DNA of 64,000 nucleotides from an uncultured Methanosarcinaceae archaeon (GCA_963727895.1 CAVSHT010000003.1:267592-331591); one strand, 5' to 3'; shown: positions 45,052 to 57,151, counted from the first letter of the stretch. Program-made: numbers and translations. The notes: generated from the letters alone by a model not told the origin.

Positions 45052-45957
45052 TTATCCACAGTTTTCAATTCTATTGTTATTAGTGTTTACATTAGTTTCT
45101 TTTGTATTTAAGTGTACTACTGCAGGAGCAGATAAGTCATGGAAATAGTTGCCGGAAGCTTCTATATTTCTAAGAGTTCCCTGTAATTCTAAACCTGCGT
45201 ATCCACCGCCAGATGTAGTACATTCATTGTTTTTCATGACTCCGTCGGTAACGGAATCGAACCGAACAGATGAATTAGTCCGGTTAATAAATTTACAATT
45301 CTTAACTGTGATGCCATTTACATGATAGGCATATACACCATCATGACCACATTTGTTTACAGTTACTGTGTCTATCACTACATTGCTGGATTGTGAAATA
45401 AGCATGGCATCGTTACATCCGTTCTGGAACGTAACATCCTGAATTGTTAATCCATTGCAGTTTACTATAGTTGCCATGTTATAACAGGAGGTTCCAAGCC
45501 TGACACTAGAATAATAGTCGGACTGGCTGCCATCAACAGTTATGCCTTTTATTGTAACATCGCTTGCAGAACTGCCTCTGATCATAAGCATGGCTTTCTT
45601 TTCTGTAATACTGCTCTCACGCCCACCCCAGACTGATAGTCCTGCGGCAAGCTTAATCTTTGTACCTGAATCTCCTTCAAGGATGGTGTTGCTGCCTATC
45701 CGAAGAGAATCGCTTATATCATATGTGAATGGGCCTTTAAGGTGGACAGTTGTGCCCGGGTTCTCTGCGGCAAATTCAAGCGCCTGGTTAATCTGGACGT
45801 CATCGGCTTTTCCATCACATTTATAGTCTCCACTTCCGTCTCCGGCAACAGTTACCACCTTTGAACTCTGTGTACTCGGGGCGCCTAACGCAGCCGGTAC
45901 GGTTGTTAAAATAAGGCATGTTACCAGGAATAGGGTTCCTAGTTGTCTTTTTTGCAT
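45052..45957 (-). CDS. Secreted right-handed parallel beta-helix protein
   Basis: Signal peptide (MQKRQLGTLFLVTCLIL...ALG), VTVAGDGSGDYKCDG..DDVQINQAL and repeated I/V-x-I/V-x-N/D beta-helix coils. Confidence 0.85.
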   Translation of the reverse strand: MQKRQLGTLFLVTCLILTTVPAALGAPSTQSSKVVTVAGDGSGDYKCDGKADDVQINQALEFAAENPGTTVHLKGPFTYDISDSLRIGSNTILEGDSGTKIKLAAGLSVWGGRESSITEKKAMLMIRGSSASDVTIKGITVDGSQSDYYSSVRLGTSCYNMATIVNCNGLTIQDVTFQNGCNDAMLISQSSNVVIDTVTVNKCGHDGVYAYHVNGITVKNCKFINRTNSSVRFDSVTDGVMKNNECTTSGGGYAGLELQGTLRNIEASGNYFHDLSAPAVVHLNTKETNVNTNNNRIENCG

Positions 45958-46480
45958 CGTATCACCTTTGGGTTGGATTTTTATAGGGATTTAAGTGAAA
46001 TCAAAACATATACAGTAAGGTACTTCTTTCCCAAACATCACTCAAAATTCCATATTACGTACTCGTAATACTTACTTTTCCGAACGAATCTAATCAGGTA
46101 GGGATTTTCGAATTCTTCAATAGAATTCCCTGATCAGGTCGGCTCTATACGGATATTTAAGATTCCTATTACGTCTGCGTAATATTTTTCGAACCTATCC
46201 AATTCGGTTCTCTGCGATTTAGTGGGGCGGACACGTTGCACACAGAGTCTCCACTCTCCAATCACTTATAGGGATTAGTCACTGGAGGTGGCCGGAAACT
46301 AGAAGTTTTGGCTTCTATAAATCAAAACTTATTACTGACTACAGAATAGCATCCTTCTGGTCAATACCTTCCGTTTATTTCTCACGGCCTTTAGCCACAA
46401 GTCAACTCTCCTTTTTTAAAAAGTTTTCATTCACCATTGTTGAATTCTTGAGTTGACATACTTGGTTATGTGATCCTATT
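45958..46480 (-). promoter_or_regulatory. Long structured 5' leader / candidate cis-regulatory RNA
   Basis: Several stems and two TATTACG-N4-CGTAATA palindromes; TATA-like box near 46503-46513 on the minus strand. Confidence 0.5.
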
Positions 46481-47436
46481 ATAAAATATTTTTGGTATTT
46501 TACTAATTAAATTTTTGATAGTCTCTGCTGTTAAAAATTAACTCCGGTTTTTTATATAGCGGTCACGTGGAATTTTTAAAAATCTATTAAAATAATGTCA
46601 TTTAACAATATTAAATAGTATCTTCTCATGTTTAAAAAATATTTATGTTTAAAATTAAGTGCAGTTTTCATAAAAAAGCTCTAAATTCAAAATATATTGT
46701 GATCTTAAATAATACATTGTAGTTTTATATATTCTATTGTAGTTTTATATATTCTATTGAAATCTTATATCTACACCGTATGCCTAAAAATGTCTTTAAT
46801 TGCCATGACAATAGTAATAGAAAAAATAAACATCTGAATTTTTATCTTTTTTGCTGAGGTCCCTTGACATCATTTTGTCAGTTTGCTTTATACATTTTTT
46901 GCTAAGAATAATTACGAAAAGTTTTTTAACTTTTTTTTGTCCAGTCCTGTATAGAAAAATCACGGAGAAGGTCTAAGCCTCTTCTAAGATCTCTGCAGAT
47001 TATATTCTACCTTCAATCTAGAAAATCCTCCGCACATTACTTTTTTCAATATAAATCTTTTGCTAGATTTTAAATGAATAATTTTCTTTAAAAAAGATTC
47101 ATCTAATTCTACTGTTCTAAGCTATTATAACTTAAGATTGTGGTTGGCAATGCCAGTTTCTAAAATATATCCTGAAGGTTTATTATCTTTTTTGTATGGT
47201 TTATGCTTGCTAATAATTTAAGTACAGGGAAATACAAAAAAGATATTTTCATTAAACTTATTTTATATAACATGATTAATACAGTTAATTATATATAGAC
47301 TTCTAAATACTGTTATGTGAATTTAGTGAAGGTTTAATGATTAATATCTATTGCAATGGATATTAATTCTCATTCAAGTAAAATATATTCGGGACAAAAA
47401 AGACCCATTTATCCAATATACAGTAATTTGGAGTAA

Positions 47437-48429
<993 letters not shown>

Positions 48430-48522
48430 TTTTATTACATCTTATTATATTTTTCAATTTTTTTTCATTGTTTTTAAAATATCTTACTTTCAGGCAAGCA
48501 AATAAGTGTGGGAGGGAACTAT

Positions 48523-49562
48523 TTGCCACCAAAGATTGCAGAAGTCATTGACTATGACGTATGTGCAGCCTGCGGTGCATGCGAGGCCGTATGTCCTATA
48601 GGGGCTGTAACTGTAAAAAAGGCGGCAGAAATTCGTGATCCAAAAGATCTGAGTCTGTACAAAAAGGGGCTGGATATCTGGTATGTGAAGGTTGTTTAAC
48701 CTGCAGACGAATTTGTCCAGTAGTAGATGGCTTCATTGAGAATGAACTTGCAAATGTGCATAAGTTTTTTGCCGTAAAGTCTAAGGACAATGCCGACAGT
48801 CAAGATGGAGGAGTAACCACTGGAATCCTTAAATCCCTTTTAAAACAGGGTAAAATTGACTGTGCCATTGGCGTTACCATGAATGAAAAATGGGAATCTG
48901 AAGTCGTTCTGTTGACAAACGCTGAAGATGTTGATAAAGTAAAAGGAACAAAGTATACTTCCGACCCGATTATTGCAGCTCTCAGGGAAGCCTTTGAAAA
49001 ATACGATAAGATTGCAGTTGTAGGGGTGCCATGCCAGGCTCATGCTTCACGTTTGATAAGGGAAAATGTAAATGAAAAAATTGTGCTTATCATCGGGTTG
49101 TTGTGTATGGAAAGCTTCCATCACGACGTAATGCTTGATAAAATAATCCCGGAGATTCTGAAAGTCAAGATTGAAGATGTCAAAAAGATGGAGTTCACTA
49201 AAGGTAAATTCTGGGTCTACACCACTGACGGTGAGGTTCATTCCGTTCCTATTAAGGACGTAGCTAAATATGCCCGAAATCCCTGCCATAACTGCTGTGA
49301 CTACACTTCAGTCTTTGCAGATATCTCTGTAGGCTCAGTTGGAGCTCCAGATGGATGGAATTCTGTCTTTATAAGGACAGAGACTGGAGAGAAATACTTT
49401 GATATGGTTCGTGAAGAAATGGAGATCATGGAAGATCCCAAGCCTGGTCTCGAACTTGTCGGAAAGCTTATTGATATGAAACGCAAAAATAATGCTGAGC
49501 ACTTTAAAGAAGTCTGCACAAAGTTTAGTTTTGAAGTCGGAATACGTAACGAAACGGTTTGA
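48523..49562 (+). CDS. fpoF: F420H2 dehydrogenase subunit F (FrhB family with ferredoxin N-terminus), indel near 48665
   Basis: CAACGACEAVCP and CEGCLTCRRICP, QDGGVTTG, GTKY, VGVPCQ, ADISVGSVG; directly follows mer. Confidence 0.88.
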
Positions 49563-49615
49563 AATTATAATCTATTAAAATAATAACAAAATAATATTTG
49601 AGGTTGGGATTCTAG

Positions 49616-50137
<522 letters not shown>

Positions 50138-50276
50138 TATCTTTTATAATTTAATACGAAACAAGTCTTTTCTATTTCTTTTTCATCCTTCTTTTTGTCT
50201 TCCTCTCAAAAATATCTGACTTTGATTAATACTTGACTCAGTCTTTTTTCCTTGAATGATTTAGTTTTTCTTCTAT

Positions 50277-50684
50277 TCATTCTGATTTTTCTTTCCTGTA
50301 CTTGTGCAGGGCTACCTCAATGCTGCTATATAGGTCTCTCTCATCAAAAGGTTTTATAATATAACCGAAAGGTTCGGTTTTCTTTGCCCTCTCAAGAATC
50401 TTATTATCAGAATAAGCAGTCAGGTAAACGACAGGAATATCAAGCTTTTCCCTGATCTCGTTTGCAGCTTCTACGCCGTCCATATCACCTTTTAACATTA
50501 TATCCATAAGTACGACATCAGGAAATGTGCTCTCTGCCTTGCTAATGGCATCCTCTCCAGAAGAGGCTACTCCTGTGACCGTGTACCCCAAACTCTTTAA
50601 CATTTTCTTTATGCCCATTGCAACGATATGCTCGTCCTCAACAACCAGAATTCTACCTTCTGCCTTTTTTCTGTCTTCCACCAT
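50277..50684 (-). CDS. Single-domain response regulator (receiver)
   Basis: LVVEDE, VLMDI, DG, YLTAY, IIKPF. Confidence 0.93.
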   Translation of the reverse strand: MVEDRKKAEGRILVVEDEHIVAMGIKKMLKSLGYTVTGVASSGEDAISKAESTFPDVVLMDIMLKGDMDGVEAANEIREKLDIPVVYLTAYSDNKILERAKKTEPFGYIIKPFDERDLYSSIEVALHKYRKEKSE

Positions 50685-50694
50685 TTCTCACACC

Positions 50695-53304
50695 TTATTT
50701 ATCTTCATCTCCTGAAAAACTAATCTTAAATTCTGTTCCTCTACTCCTGTCAAGTTTGATATTTCCTTCTATCTGATCCACAAGTGTTGTCACCAGTTGT
50801 AGTCCCAGGGAAGTTGTATTCCTAAAGTCCAGCGTTTCAGGGAATCCCTTTCCGTTATCTCTTACTATAAGAGTTAACTTATCCTTATTATTCCGTTCTT
50901 TACTTTTAAGGTTAGTTTTTTCATTATTTAGATTCCCTGCTTTTTCAATTCCAGAATCCTCAGGTTCTTTTTCATGCCAAATCGGATCTTTTTTACTTCT
51001 GTGCAACTCAATGTAAATCTCTCCTTCTTTTTCTCCGGTAAAGGCATGTTTCAAAGAATTTAAGACCAGCTCATTGATAATTATTCCTAGGGGAACTGCT
51101 GTATCCATTCCCAGAAAAATTTTTTCAACGTCAAGTTTTAGGCTTACTTTATTATTATCCAGGGAATAAGATTGGAACAGGGAACCTGCAAGATCATTAA
51201 TATAATCTGCAAAATCCACACTTACCATATCCTCTGACTGATAAAGTTTTTCGTGGATCAAAGCCATTGATTTTACTCTATGCTGGCTGTTCCTGAAAGC
51301 TTCTATTACATCCTTGTCCGTAAAATTTCCAGACTCAAGATATAGAAGCGTAGAAATTACCTGCAAATTATTCTTGATACGGTGATGGATTTCTTTTTTG
51401 CGAATTTCTTCCATTTGGAGAAGCGCATCCTCGGCTTTTTTATGCTTGGTTATATCCAGGATAATCCCCTGAAGATAGATTTCTCCTTCTTCATTGCGCT
51501 GGATAACTGTTCTTTCGTCAACCCAGCGAACCTCTCCTGATCTTGTGAGAATTCTATATTCTGAGGTATAATCTGCACATCCCGCTTCAACATGCATTTT
51601 AATCTCAGTATTTATCTTTTTCAGATCTTCGGGATGTACAATGTCCCCATAAAGAATTCTTTTTGAGGTAAAATCCTCTACATCATAACCCAACCGAGTA
51701 ATATTTTCAGAAACAAACTCTGCAGGCCACATGGGTTCATATTTCCACAGAAACACAATTACAGGACTTGTATTAACAACCCTTTCTAGATCTTCCTTAA
51801 GCTTGTTGGAATGCTCAAGTTCTTTTGCATAAGCCAGAAGAGCTTTTTCTGCTTCTATGCGCTGAGCGGTAATCATATCAAGAGCCTGACGTGTCTCTTC
51901 AATTCCGTCCGTAAGCAACTTGAAATCGCCCTTCCCATGGATACTGATAGACCGCTTAAAATTATTCTGCTGAAATGCTGTAAGGACTGCATTTGAATCA
52001 TCGATAATACTATTTAAGGTTTCAGAAAATTTATCAAGTGTATTTCCAAGTTCCCTAAACTCTCCCTGCACATCTGCATTTACTCTTTCTTTTAATTCCC
52101 CTTTTGCAAGTGCACTGGTCACTCTTATTGTTTCTCTGATAGGAATAATTACAGCTTTAAGGATTTCATTCAAGCCTATAGGGATCTCTCTGAAATCAAT
52201 TTCCACGTTCGTGTCCGCTCTGACATCGAGTTTTCCTTTAACCGCATCTTGAGCAATATTCTTGAAGTCCTTAACGATTTTATCTATAGGTTTTGTGATA
52301 GAGCAGGCAATCATGTAAGCAAGAGCTGCCATAAATAGTATGGAAATTGCAGAAATAATCAGAAGCTTATTCCGAAGATCAAGAACACCTGCAAGCATTT
52401 CTTGTTTTGGAATTACAAGAACAAAGGCTAGGTTCCCGGTTTTCACAGGTTCATAAAACATTACAACAGTTTTACCTGTGGTAGAGTCTTTCCCTTCTGT
52501 ATATCCTCCAATTCCTTTTTTTATGTCATCTGCGGCTTTCGATATTTCTTTTGAATTTAACTCGTAGAGGCTTTTTTTCCCTATCCAATCCTTACGCGTG
52601 GGGTGAGAAAGGAAAACACCTGTATTGTTTACCATGAAAGCGTATCCAGTTTCAAAAGCCTTTACCTTGCTTACTGTCTCATCCATGTAATCAAGAGGAA
52701 CATCTACTCCAGCTATACCCACAAATTTTCCGTTCTTGAAAATTGGAGAAACCTGGCTAACCATAAATACGCCTTCATAAAAGCACGGCCCGGTTACGAC
52801 ATCATTGCCTTTTTCTTTAGGCAATTGATAATAATCCCAGGACTTATAATGAAGAAGAGGTGCAACAGTGATGGACCCATTCATCCTATTACAATAAGGA
52901 ACAAATCTGCCAGTTGCATCATATCCTGAAGCATTAACGTATTCCGCATCTTTTCCATCAAAAGCATTCGGCTCGTATGCCACGTAAGTTCCTATAAGGT
53001 TCGGATTTTTCTCGAGGACATTTCTAAGGATGCCTATTACTTCAGTTCGATTCGAAGCATTGTAATTTTCCATTGTAAGAGAAAGCGTTTTTGCAATTAC
53101 ACTATTTGCTTTCATATCAACATCAAAGTGATTTGCATAACTGCTTGCCATTTCAGTTGATTTTTGATAAGCCAGTATTTCTTCCTGAGAAGTGACCGTA
53201 TTGATAATTATAGCTGTAGAGACTGTAAGAACCAGAAAAACCCCCGCAACTATATAAATAACCAGCTTTGATTTAAGGGGGAAATTTTTAGATTTCATAG
53301 TCAA
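50695..53304 (-). CDS. Membrane sensor histidine kinase: TM-dCache-TM-HAMP-PAS-HisKA_2-HATPase
   Basis: Two TM helices flank a Cache domain (YVAYEPNAFDG...GRFVPY...DYYQLPK...GIAGVD); PAS (VHPED); EIHHRIKNNLQ; NELVLNSLKHAF; DNGKG; SLGL. Confidence 0.92.
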   Translation of the reverse strand: MTMKSKNFPLKSKLVIYIVAGVFLVLTVSTAIIINTVTSQEEILAYQKSTEMASSYANHFDVDMKANSVIAKTLSLTMENYNASNRTEVIGILRNVLEKNPNLIGTYVAYEPNAFDGKDAEYVNASGYDATGRFVPYCNRMNGSITVAPLLHYKSWDYYQLPKEKGNDVVTGPCFYEGVFMVSQVSPIFKNGKFVGIAGVDVPLDYMDETVSKVKAFETGYAFMVNNTGVFLSHPTRKDWIGKKSLYELNSKEISKAADDIKKGIGGYTEGKDSTTGKTVVMFYEPVKTGNLAFVLVIPKQEMLAGVLDLRNKLLIISAISILFMAALAYMIACSITKPIDKIVKDFKNIAQDAVKGKLDVRADTNVEIDFREIPIGLNEILKAVIIPIRETIRVTSALAKGELKERVNADVQGEFRELGNTLDKFSETLNSIIDDSNAVLTAFQQNNFKRSISIHGKGDFKLLTDGIEETRQALDMITAQRIEAEKALLAYAKELEHSNKLKEDLERVVNTSPVIVFLWKYEPMWPAEFVSENITRLGYDVEDFTSKRILYGDIVHPEDLKKINTEIKMHVEAGCADYTSEYRILTRSGEVRWVDERTVIQRNEEGEIYLQGIILDITKHKKAEDALLQMEEIRKKEIHHRIKNNLQVISTLLYLESGNFTDKDVIEAFRNSQHRVKSMALIHEKLYQSEDMVSVDFADYINDLAGSLFQSYSLDNNKVSLKLDVEKIFLGMDTAVPLGIIINELVLNSLKHAFTGEKEGEIYIELHRSKKDPIWHEKEPEDSGIEKAGNLNNEKTNLKSKERNNKDKLTLIVRDNGKGFPETLDFRNTTSLGLQLVTTLVDQIEGNIKLDRSRGTEFKISFSGDEDK

Positions 53305-53371
53305 AACTCCAGCCAGTTATATTGAAGAGATTGAAGGTTTGTTTCTTTTCTGGCTGTAAAACCAACAGGCT

Positions 53372-54157
53372 TCAGACTTTGATCACTTCTTGAGCTAATT
53401 CTTTATAATATGCAAAAAGTTCCCGCCCCCAGCAAATAGCACTGCCATCGAAACTCATTACTTTCTTGTGATCATATTTTCCTTGCTTATTAAAAAGGCA
53501 GAGATACATGAACTTTTCAGTAACAGCAATAGTTGGAAGCTGCAGTTTTTCTTCGCAGACCTTAAAAACTGTGTTCTAGGAATTGAGAAGTATTTCTAGT
53601 TCATCCTTACAATCGTCTTTGAGTCTTTCAAATACGGCTTTTGTAATCACGATTTCTATTTTAGCTCCGCTTTTTGCAAGCTTGGAATATAGTGACGGGT
53701 ATAAAGGATGGTAATAAGAAATTGAACTCAGGATGCATCTGGACTTTATCAGATTCTCGGTAAACTCCCTTGGAAGATCGAATAGGTGGTTCAGGTCTGG
53801 TTCAATTACCATACACTCTCCTAGTTCTCCAAGTCGCATAAACTGATCATGCGGTATGACGTTTGTGTCCCTGCTTGCCCAGTATTCCTTATTTTCCTCG
53901 ATGACTTCAAGTGTATTGAGAAGAGGAAGCATATTTCCTACGACAAGCTTTCCAATCCCGGAAAGCATATAAGTATCTTCTTTCTGGAGAATCAAGTCCT
54001 GCTTTTTAAGGATTTTAATTTGAGGCATCATTGCCTTTGAAGTAACATTAAGAGAGGTTTTTATTTGCTCAATATTTCTGGGACCTTCCATAAGCAGGAG
54101 AAGGAGATTTTTTCTTTTTTCAGAAAGCCAGATTGTATCACATAAAGATGAAATCAT
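53372..54157 (-). CDS. Winged-helix transcriptional regulator (DUF1724-type, 261 aa) with an in-frame TAG at codon 194
   Basis: SEKRKNLLLLL..GP...PQIKILK HTH; the frame stays open for 67 codons past the TAG (53576-53578) to a TGA at 53372-53374 and gives a family-like tail (YDHKKVMSFDGSAICWGRELFAYYK). Confidence 0.82.
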
Positions 54158-54567
54158 TGCTACGACTTATTTATAGAGAGCACTTTTATTAAAAGATTAT
54201 GTTATTCACAATAATATATTAAAATATTTGATTTTATAACGGATTATAACTCTTTATATTATTGACTTGAAATTTTAACAATTCTTCGTAAGCTCTTGCA
54301 ACAAAAGTCGACTAATAAAAACCTGAATACAGAAAAGATGGTAAAACCAAAAAATTTAAGCCTTTCTTAGGAATGTTATCTAAGTATATCCTGATATATC
54401 CTGAGAAAGGCTGGAGGTCTCTATTTTTTTATAGGAGGTCTGTATCTTTTTTCTGCATATTCATAACTATAGGCTTTTTTTCTTTAAGCGATCTGCTTTC
54501 TAAATAGATTGCAGGAATTGATCTTTATATCCGGTAAGTTTTCGATATTCATTTTAGCTTCTTGGGT

Positions 54568-54717
54568 TTAGAACTTGGATACAAATGTTCTGGCCTGCCA
54601 AAGGGCTATTATCGCTAGAACTAAGATCAAGACCATCCAAATAATTTTTGCTTCTGGTATGAAGGAATTTGCCCAATAAGCATTATAGGCTGCCATAGCC
54701 GTTGCTGTCTGCGTCAT
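54568..54717 (-). CDS. Small single-pass membrane protein (49 aa) at the end of the mtt operon
   Basis: MTQTATAMAAYNAYWANSFIPEAKIIWMVLILVLAIIALWQARTFVSKF; GAGGGA RBS; starts 16 bp after the previous stop. Confidence 0.7.
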   Translation of the reverse strand: MTQTATAMAAYNAYWANSFIPEAKIIWMVLILVLAIIALWQARTFVSKF

Positions 54718-54733
54718 ATTTTCCCTCTTTGAA

Positions 54734-55030
54734 TTATAGACTCATAAGGCAGGCATCGGATGCCCGTCCTCTCCCAAAATCGGTTATCAAATACCTGTGC
54801 AGAAGGAATCTTTTTTTGTAGATTCCTTCTTCATCGACTTTCTGCTCTACATCCTTGAGCATACCTCCAGAAGCCAGCTCAAGAATGTCAAAATTGATGC
54901 TGTCTCTCTGAAAATCACTCTTCATGCCGTACTCTTCCTGGATCTTTGAAACGATTTCATAGTTCCAGTATTCACTTCCATCTAAGAAGAGTTCCAGGAT
55001 CCTGAATTTTATAGGACGATTTTTGCTCAT
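54734..55030 (-). CDS. Hypothetical protein coupled to mttP (winged-helix-like)
   Basis: MSKNRPIKFRILELF...WNYEIV...YLITDFG; GAGGTGA RBS inside the mttP 3' end. Confidence 0.75.
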   Translation of the reverse strand: MSKNRPIKFRILELFLDGSEYWNYEIVSKIQEEYGMKSDFQRDSINFDILELASGGMLKDVEQKVDEEGIYKKRFLLHRYLITDFGRGRASDACLMSL

Positions 55031-55031
55031 T

Positions 55032-56093
55032 TCATTCACCTCTCAAGGTTTCAAGTTCACTTGCGTCTTCAGTAAACATGATGAAACTTCCTGCAATACA
55101 GAGAATACCGCCTATGAGTATGGTCCAATTTGGAACATCTCCAAAGAATAGGAAAAGGAAGATGATTGCACAAAATCCATAGAGGTTTCCAATACCCTGA
55201 CCTCTTCCAACCCCTATCAGCGGGAAAGATTTGTACCAGGTAACATAACAGAAACCAAAGGTAATTCCTGCGAAAATCAGGATCAATAATGTTAGAGGTT
55301 CGAATGCTTTGAGTGCATACGAATACATCGGAAAACCGACGATTGCAAGAATCGGTATAATAATAATCCACCAGATTATGTTCTCGCCAAGGAAACGAAG
55401 AGTCAATCCGACATCTGGTTCTGCTATATCAAGCCCTTTACCTGCAATTGCACCTTCAATACCCCATCCGGCAGCAGCCATCAGACCTCCGATGTATCCT
55501 ATCCATGGGACGTTTCCTGAAGAAAGTTCAGTAAAAAGTCCACCACCATATATCGAAATACCTCCAAGAACGATAACTGCAATACCGATTGCTGCCCTTT
55601 TTGAGATCTTTTCTCCATACCAGTAATAAGCAAGAATCGAGCCTACAACAGGGTAAAGAAGGCCTGCAACAGCTGCAAATGATCCCCCTATAAAGCCCAT
55701 AGCAATAAAAGAACCCAGAATTGCCATAGGACCACCGAATATAGAGGCAAGGAAGAACCACTTGGAACAAGGGTGAAATTCCTTAAGAGTTCTTACGAGT
55801 TCTCCATATTTTCCAAGTACTCCGTTCCAGAGCATAAGTGCCAGCATTACAGCTAACGCATTAAAGGCAGTAATGAGTACGGCAGTTACAACAAGGGATA
55901 CGCCATCTCCACTTGTTTTTGCAATAGCACTACTCATTTCATCGAAAGGATTAAGCACCCAGACAACAGTTCCTGGCAGATACCATATACCCCAGAATAC
56001 GGCACAGAAAAGGGCCCACATATACCCTTTGCTGATTTTTCGTTTACTCTCCTGTTTTTTTAAAGTTTTTAAATCCACAAAAGTTCCCTCCAT
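55032..56093 (-). CDS. mttP: DMT-family putative trimethylamine permease
   Basis: About 10 TM helices, CAVFWGIWY, FGGPMA, GWGIEGAI, FPLIGVGRGQ; downstream of mttC. Confidence 0.85.
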   Translation of the reverse strand: MEGTFVDLKTLKKQESKRKISKGYMWALFCAVFWGIWYLPGTVVWVLNPFDEMSSAIAKTSGDGVSLVVTAVLITAFNALAVMLALMLWNGVLGKYGELVRTLKEFHPCSKWFFLASIFGGPMAILGSFIAMGFIGGSFAAVAGLLYPVVGSILAYYWYGEKISKRAAIGIAVIVLGGISIYGGGLFTELSSGNVPWIGYIGGLMAAAGWGIEGAIAGKGLDIAEPDVGLTLRFLGENIIWWIIIIPILAIVGFPMYSYALKAFEPLTLLILIFAGITFGFCYVTWYKSFPLIGVGRGQGIGNLYGFCAIIFLFLFFGDVPNWTILIGGILCIAGSFIMFTEDASELETLRGE

Positions 56094-56420
56094 TTTTCAG
56101 AATACTACTGAAATCCCTAATGGCAGGGGGCTTTCAGCTCAATTCCATAGTATGAAAGTGTAGCTCAAAAGTTTTTTGTGGTTTTAGATCTTTGGAAATA
56201 TTTTATATATTTCATTTTAACTGTTTTTTAGCTGCTTTTAAGGTTAAATTTAATTTGCCATTTTTATAACACTTAGCCATTTAAATTTTTAATAATCTTT
56301 TTTATAATGCCATTTTTACAGTAATTACATTCTATAATATTTCCATAGATGTAACCTGCAAAAGACTTTATCTGATTTTTCAAATACAGATTACGCAAAA
56401 CCCACAAAAAATCAAATTTT

Positions 56421-56457
56421 TGTAGACGATGTATCCAATGAGATTACATTGTCTACA
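56421..56457 (-). other. Strong stem-loop after mttC (terminator, processing or stabilising element)
   Basis: TGTAGACGATGTA...TACATTGTCTACA inverted repeat; U-rich tract follows on the minus strand. Confidence 0.6.
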
Positions 56458-56469
56458 ACTTAACTTGCT

Positions 56470-57120
56470 TCAGGCTAACGCTGCTTTTACCTTACTTACT
56501 GCATCGTTTGCACTTTCACCGTAAATATCTGCTCCGATCTTGTCTGCCCAGTCCTGGGTTACTGGTGCTCCTCCGACCATTGTCTTAACCTGGTCCCTGA
56601 GTCCAGCTTCCTTCAGCTGTTCCTCTATCTGTATCTGGTTAACCATTGTAGTGGTCATAAGTGCTGAGGATGCAATTACCTGTGGTTTAACTTCCTTTGC
56701 CTTTTCAACAAACGTCTTTATAGGCACGTCTCTTCCCAGATCCACCACTTTAAAACCTGCAATTTTCAGCATCGAAGCCAGTATGTCTTTTCCTATCGAG
56801 TGGATATCTCCTTCAATCGTTCCGAGAACAACAGTTCCCAGGCTCTTTGTCTGAGACTTTCTCTTTTCCATTTCCGGAGTAATAACCTTTATGCCTTCAT
56901 TCATCGCTTCCGCTGCTGCAAGCACATGTGGCAAGAACAGTTCCCCCTGTCCAAACTTCTCTCCAACTTCTTCCATACCTGCAGTAAACCCTTTTTCAAT
57001 AAGTTCAACAGGGTCTATTCCTGCAGCAAGTGCTTCTTCTGCCACTTCTGCTGCTATTTCCCCATCGAACTCTGTAATTGCTTCCTTTGCTTTTGCAATT
57101 ATTTCTTCTTTATTTGCCAT
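56470..57120 (-). CDS. mttC: Trimethylamine corrinoid protein
   Basis: B12-binding EGDIHSIGK, SALMTTT, MVGGAPV; follows mttB. Confidence 0.93.
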   Translation of the reverse strand: MANKEEIIAKAKEAITEFDGEIAAEVAEEALAAGIDPVELIEKGFTAGMEEVGEKFGQGELFLPHVLAAAEAMNEGIKVITPEMEKRKSQTKSLGTVVLGTIEGDIHSIGKDILASMLKIAGFKVVDLGRDVPIKTFVEKAKEVKPQVIASSALMTTTMVNQIQIEEQLKEAGLRDQVKTMVGGAPVTQDWADKIGADIYGESANDAVSKVKAALA

Positions 57121-57151
57121 TTTTAGATCTCCTGAATCTCTGAAAATTTAA

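Noticed and set aside
43966..46755. Short repeats (43966-44018, 46053-46184, 46716-46755) as a CRISPR array
   Set aside because: Only two copies each, no regular repeat-spacer period and no cas genes in the window.
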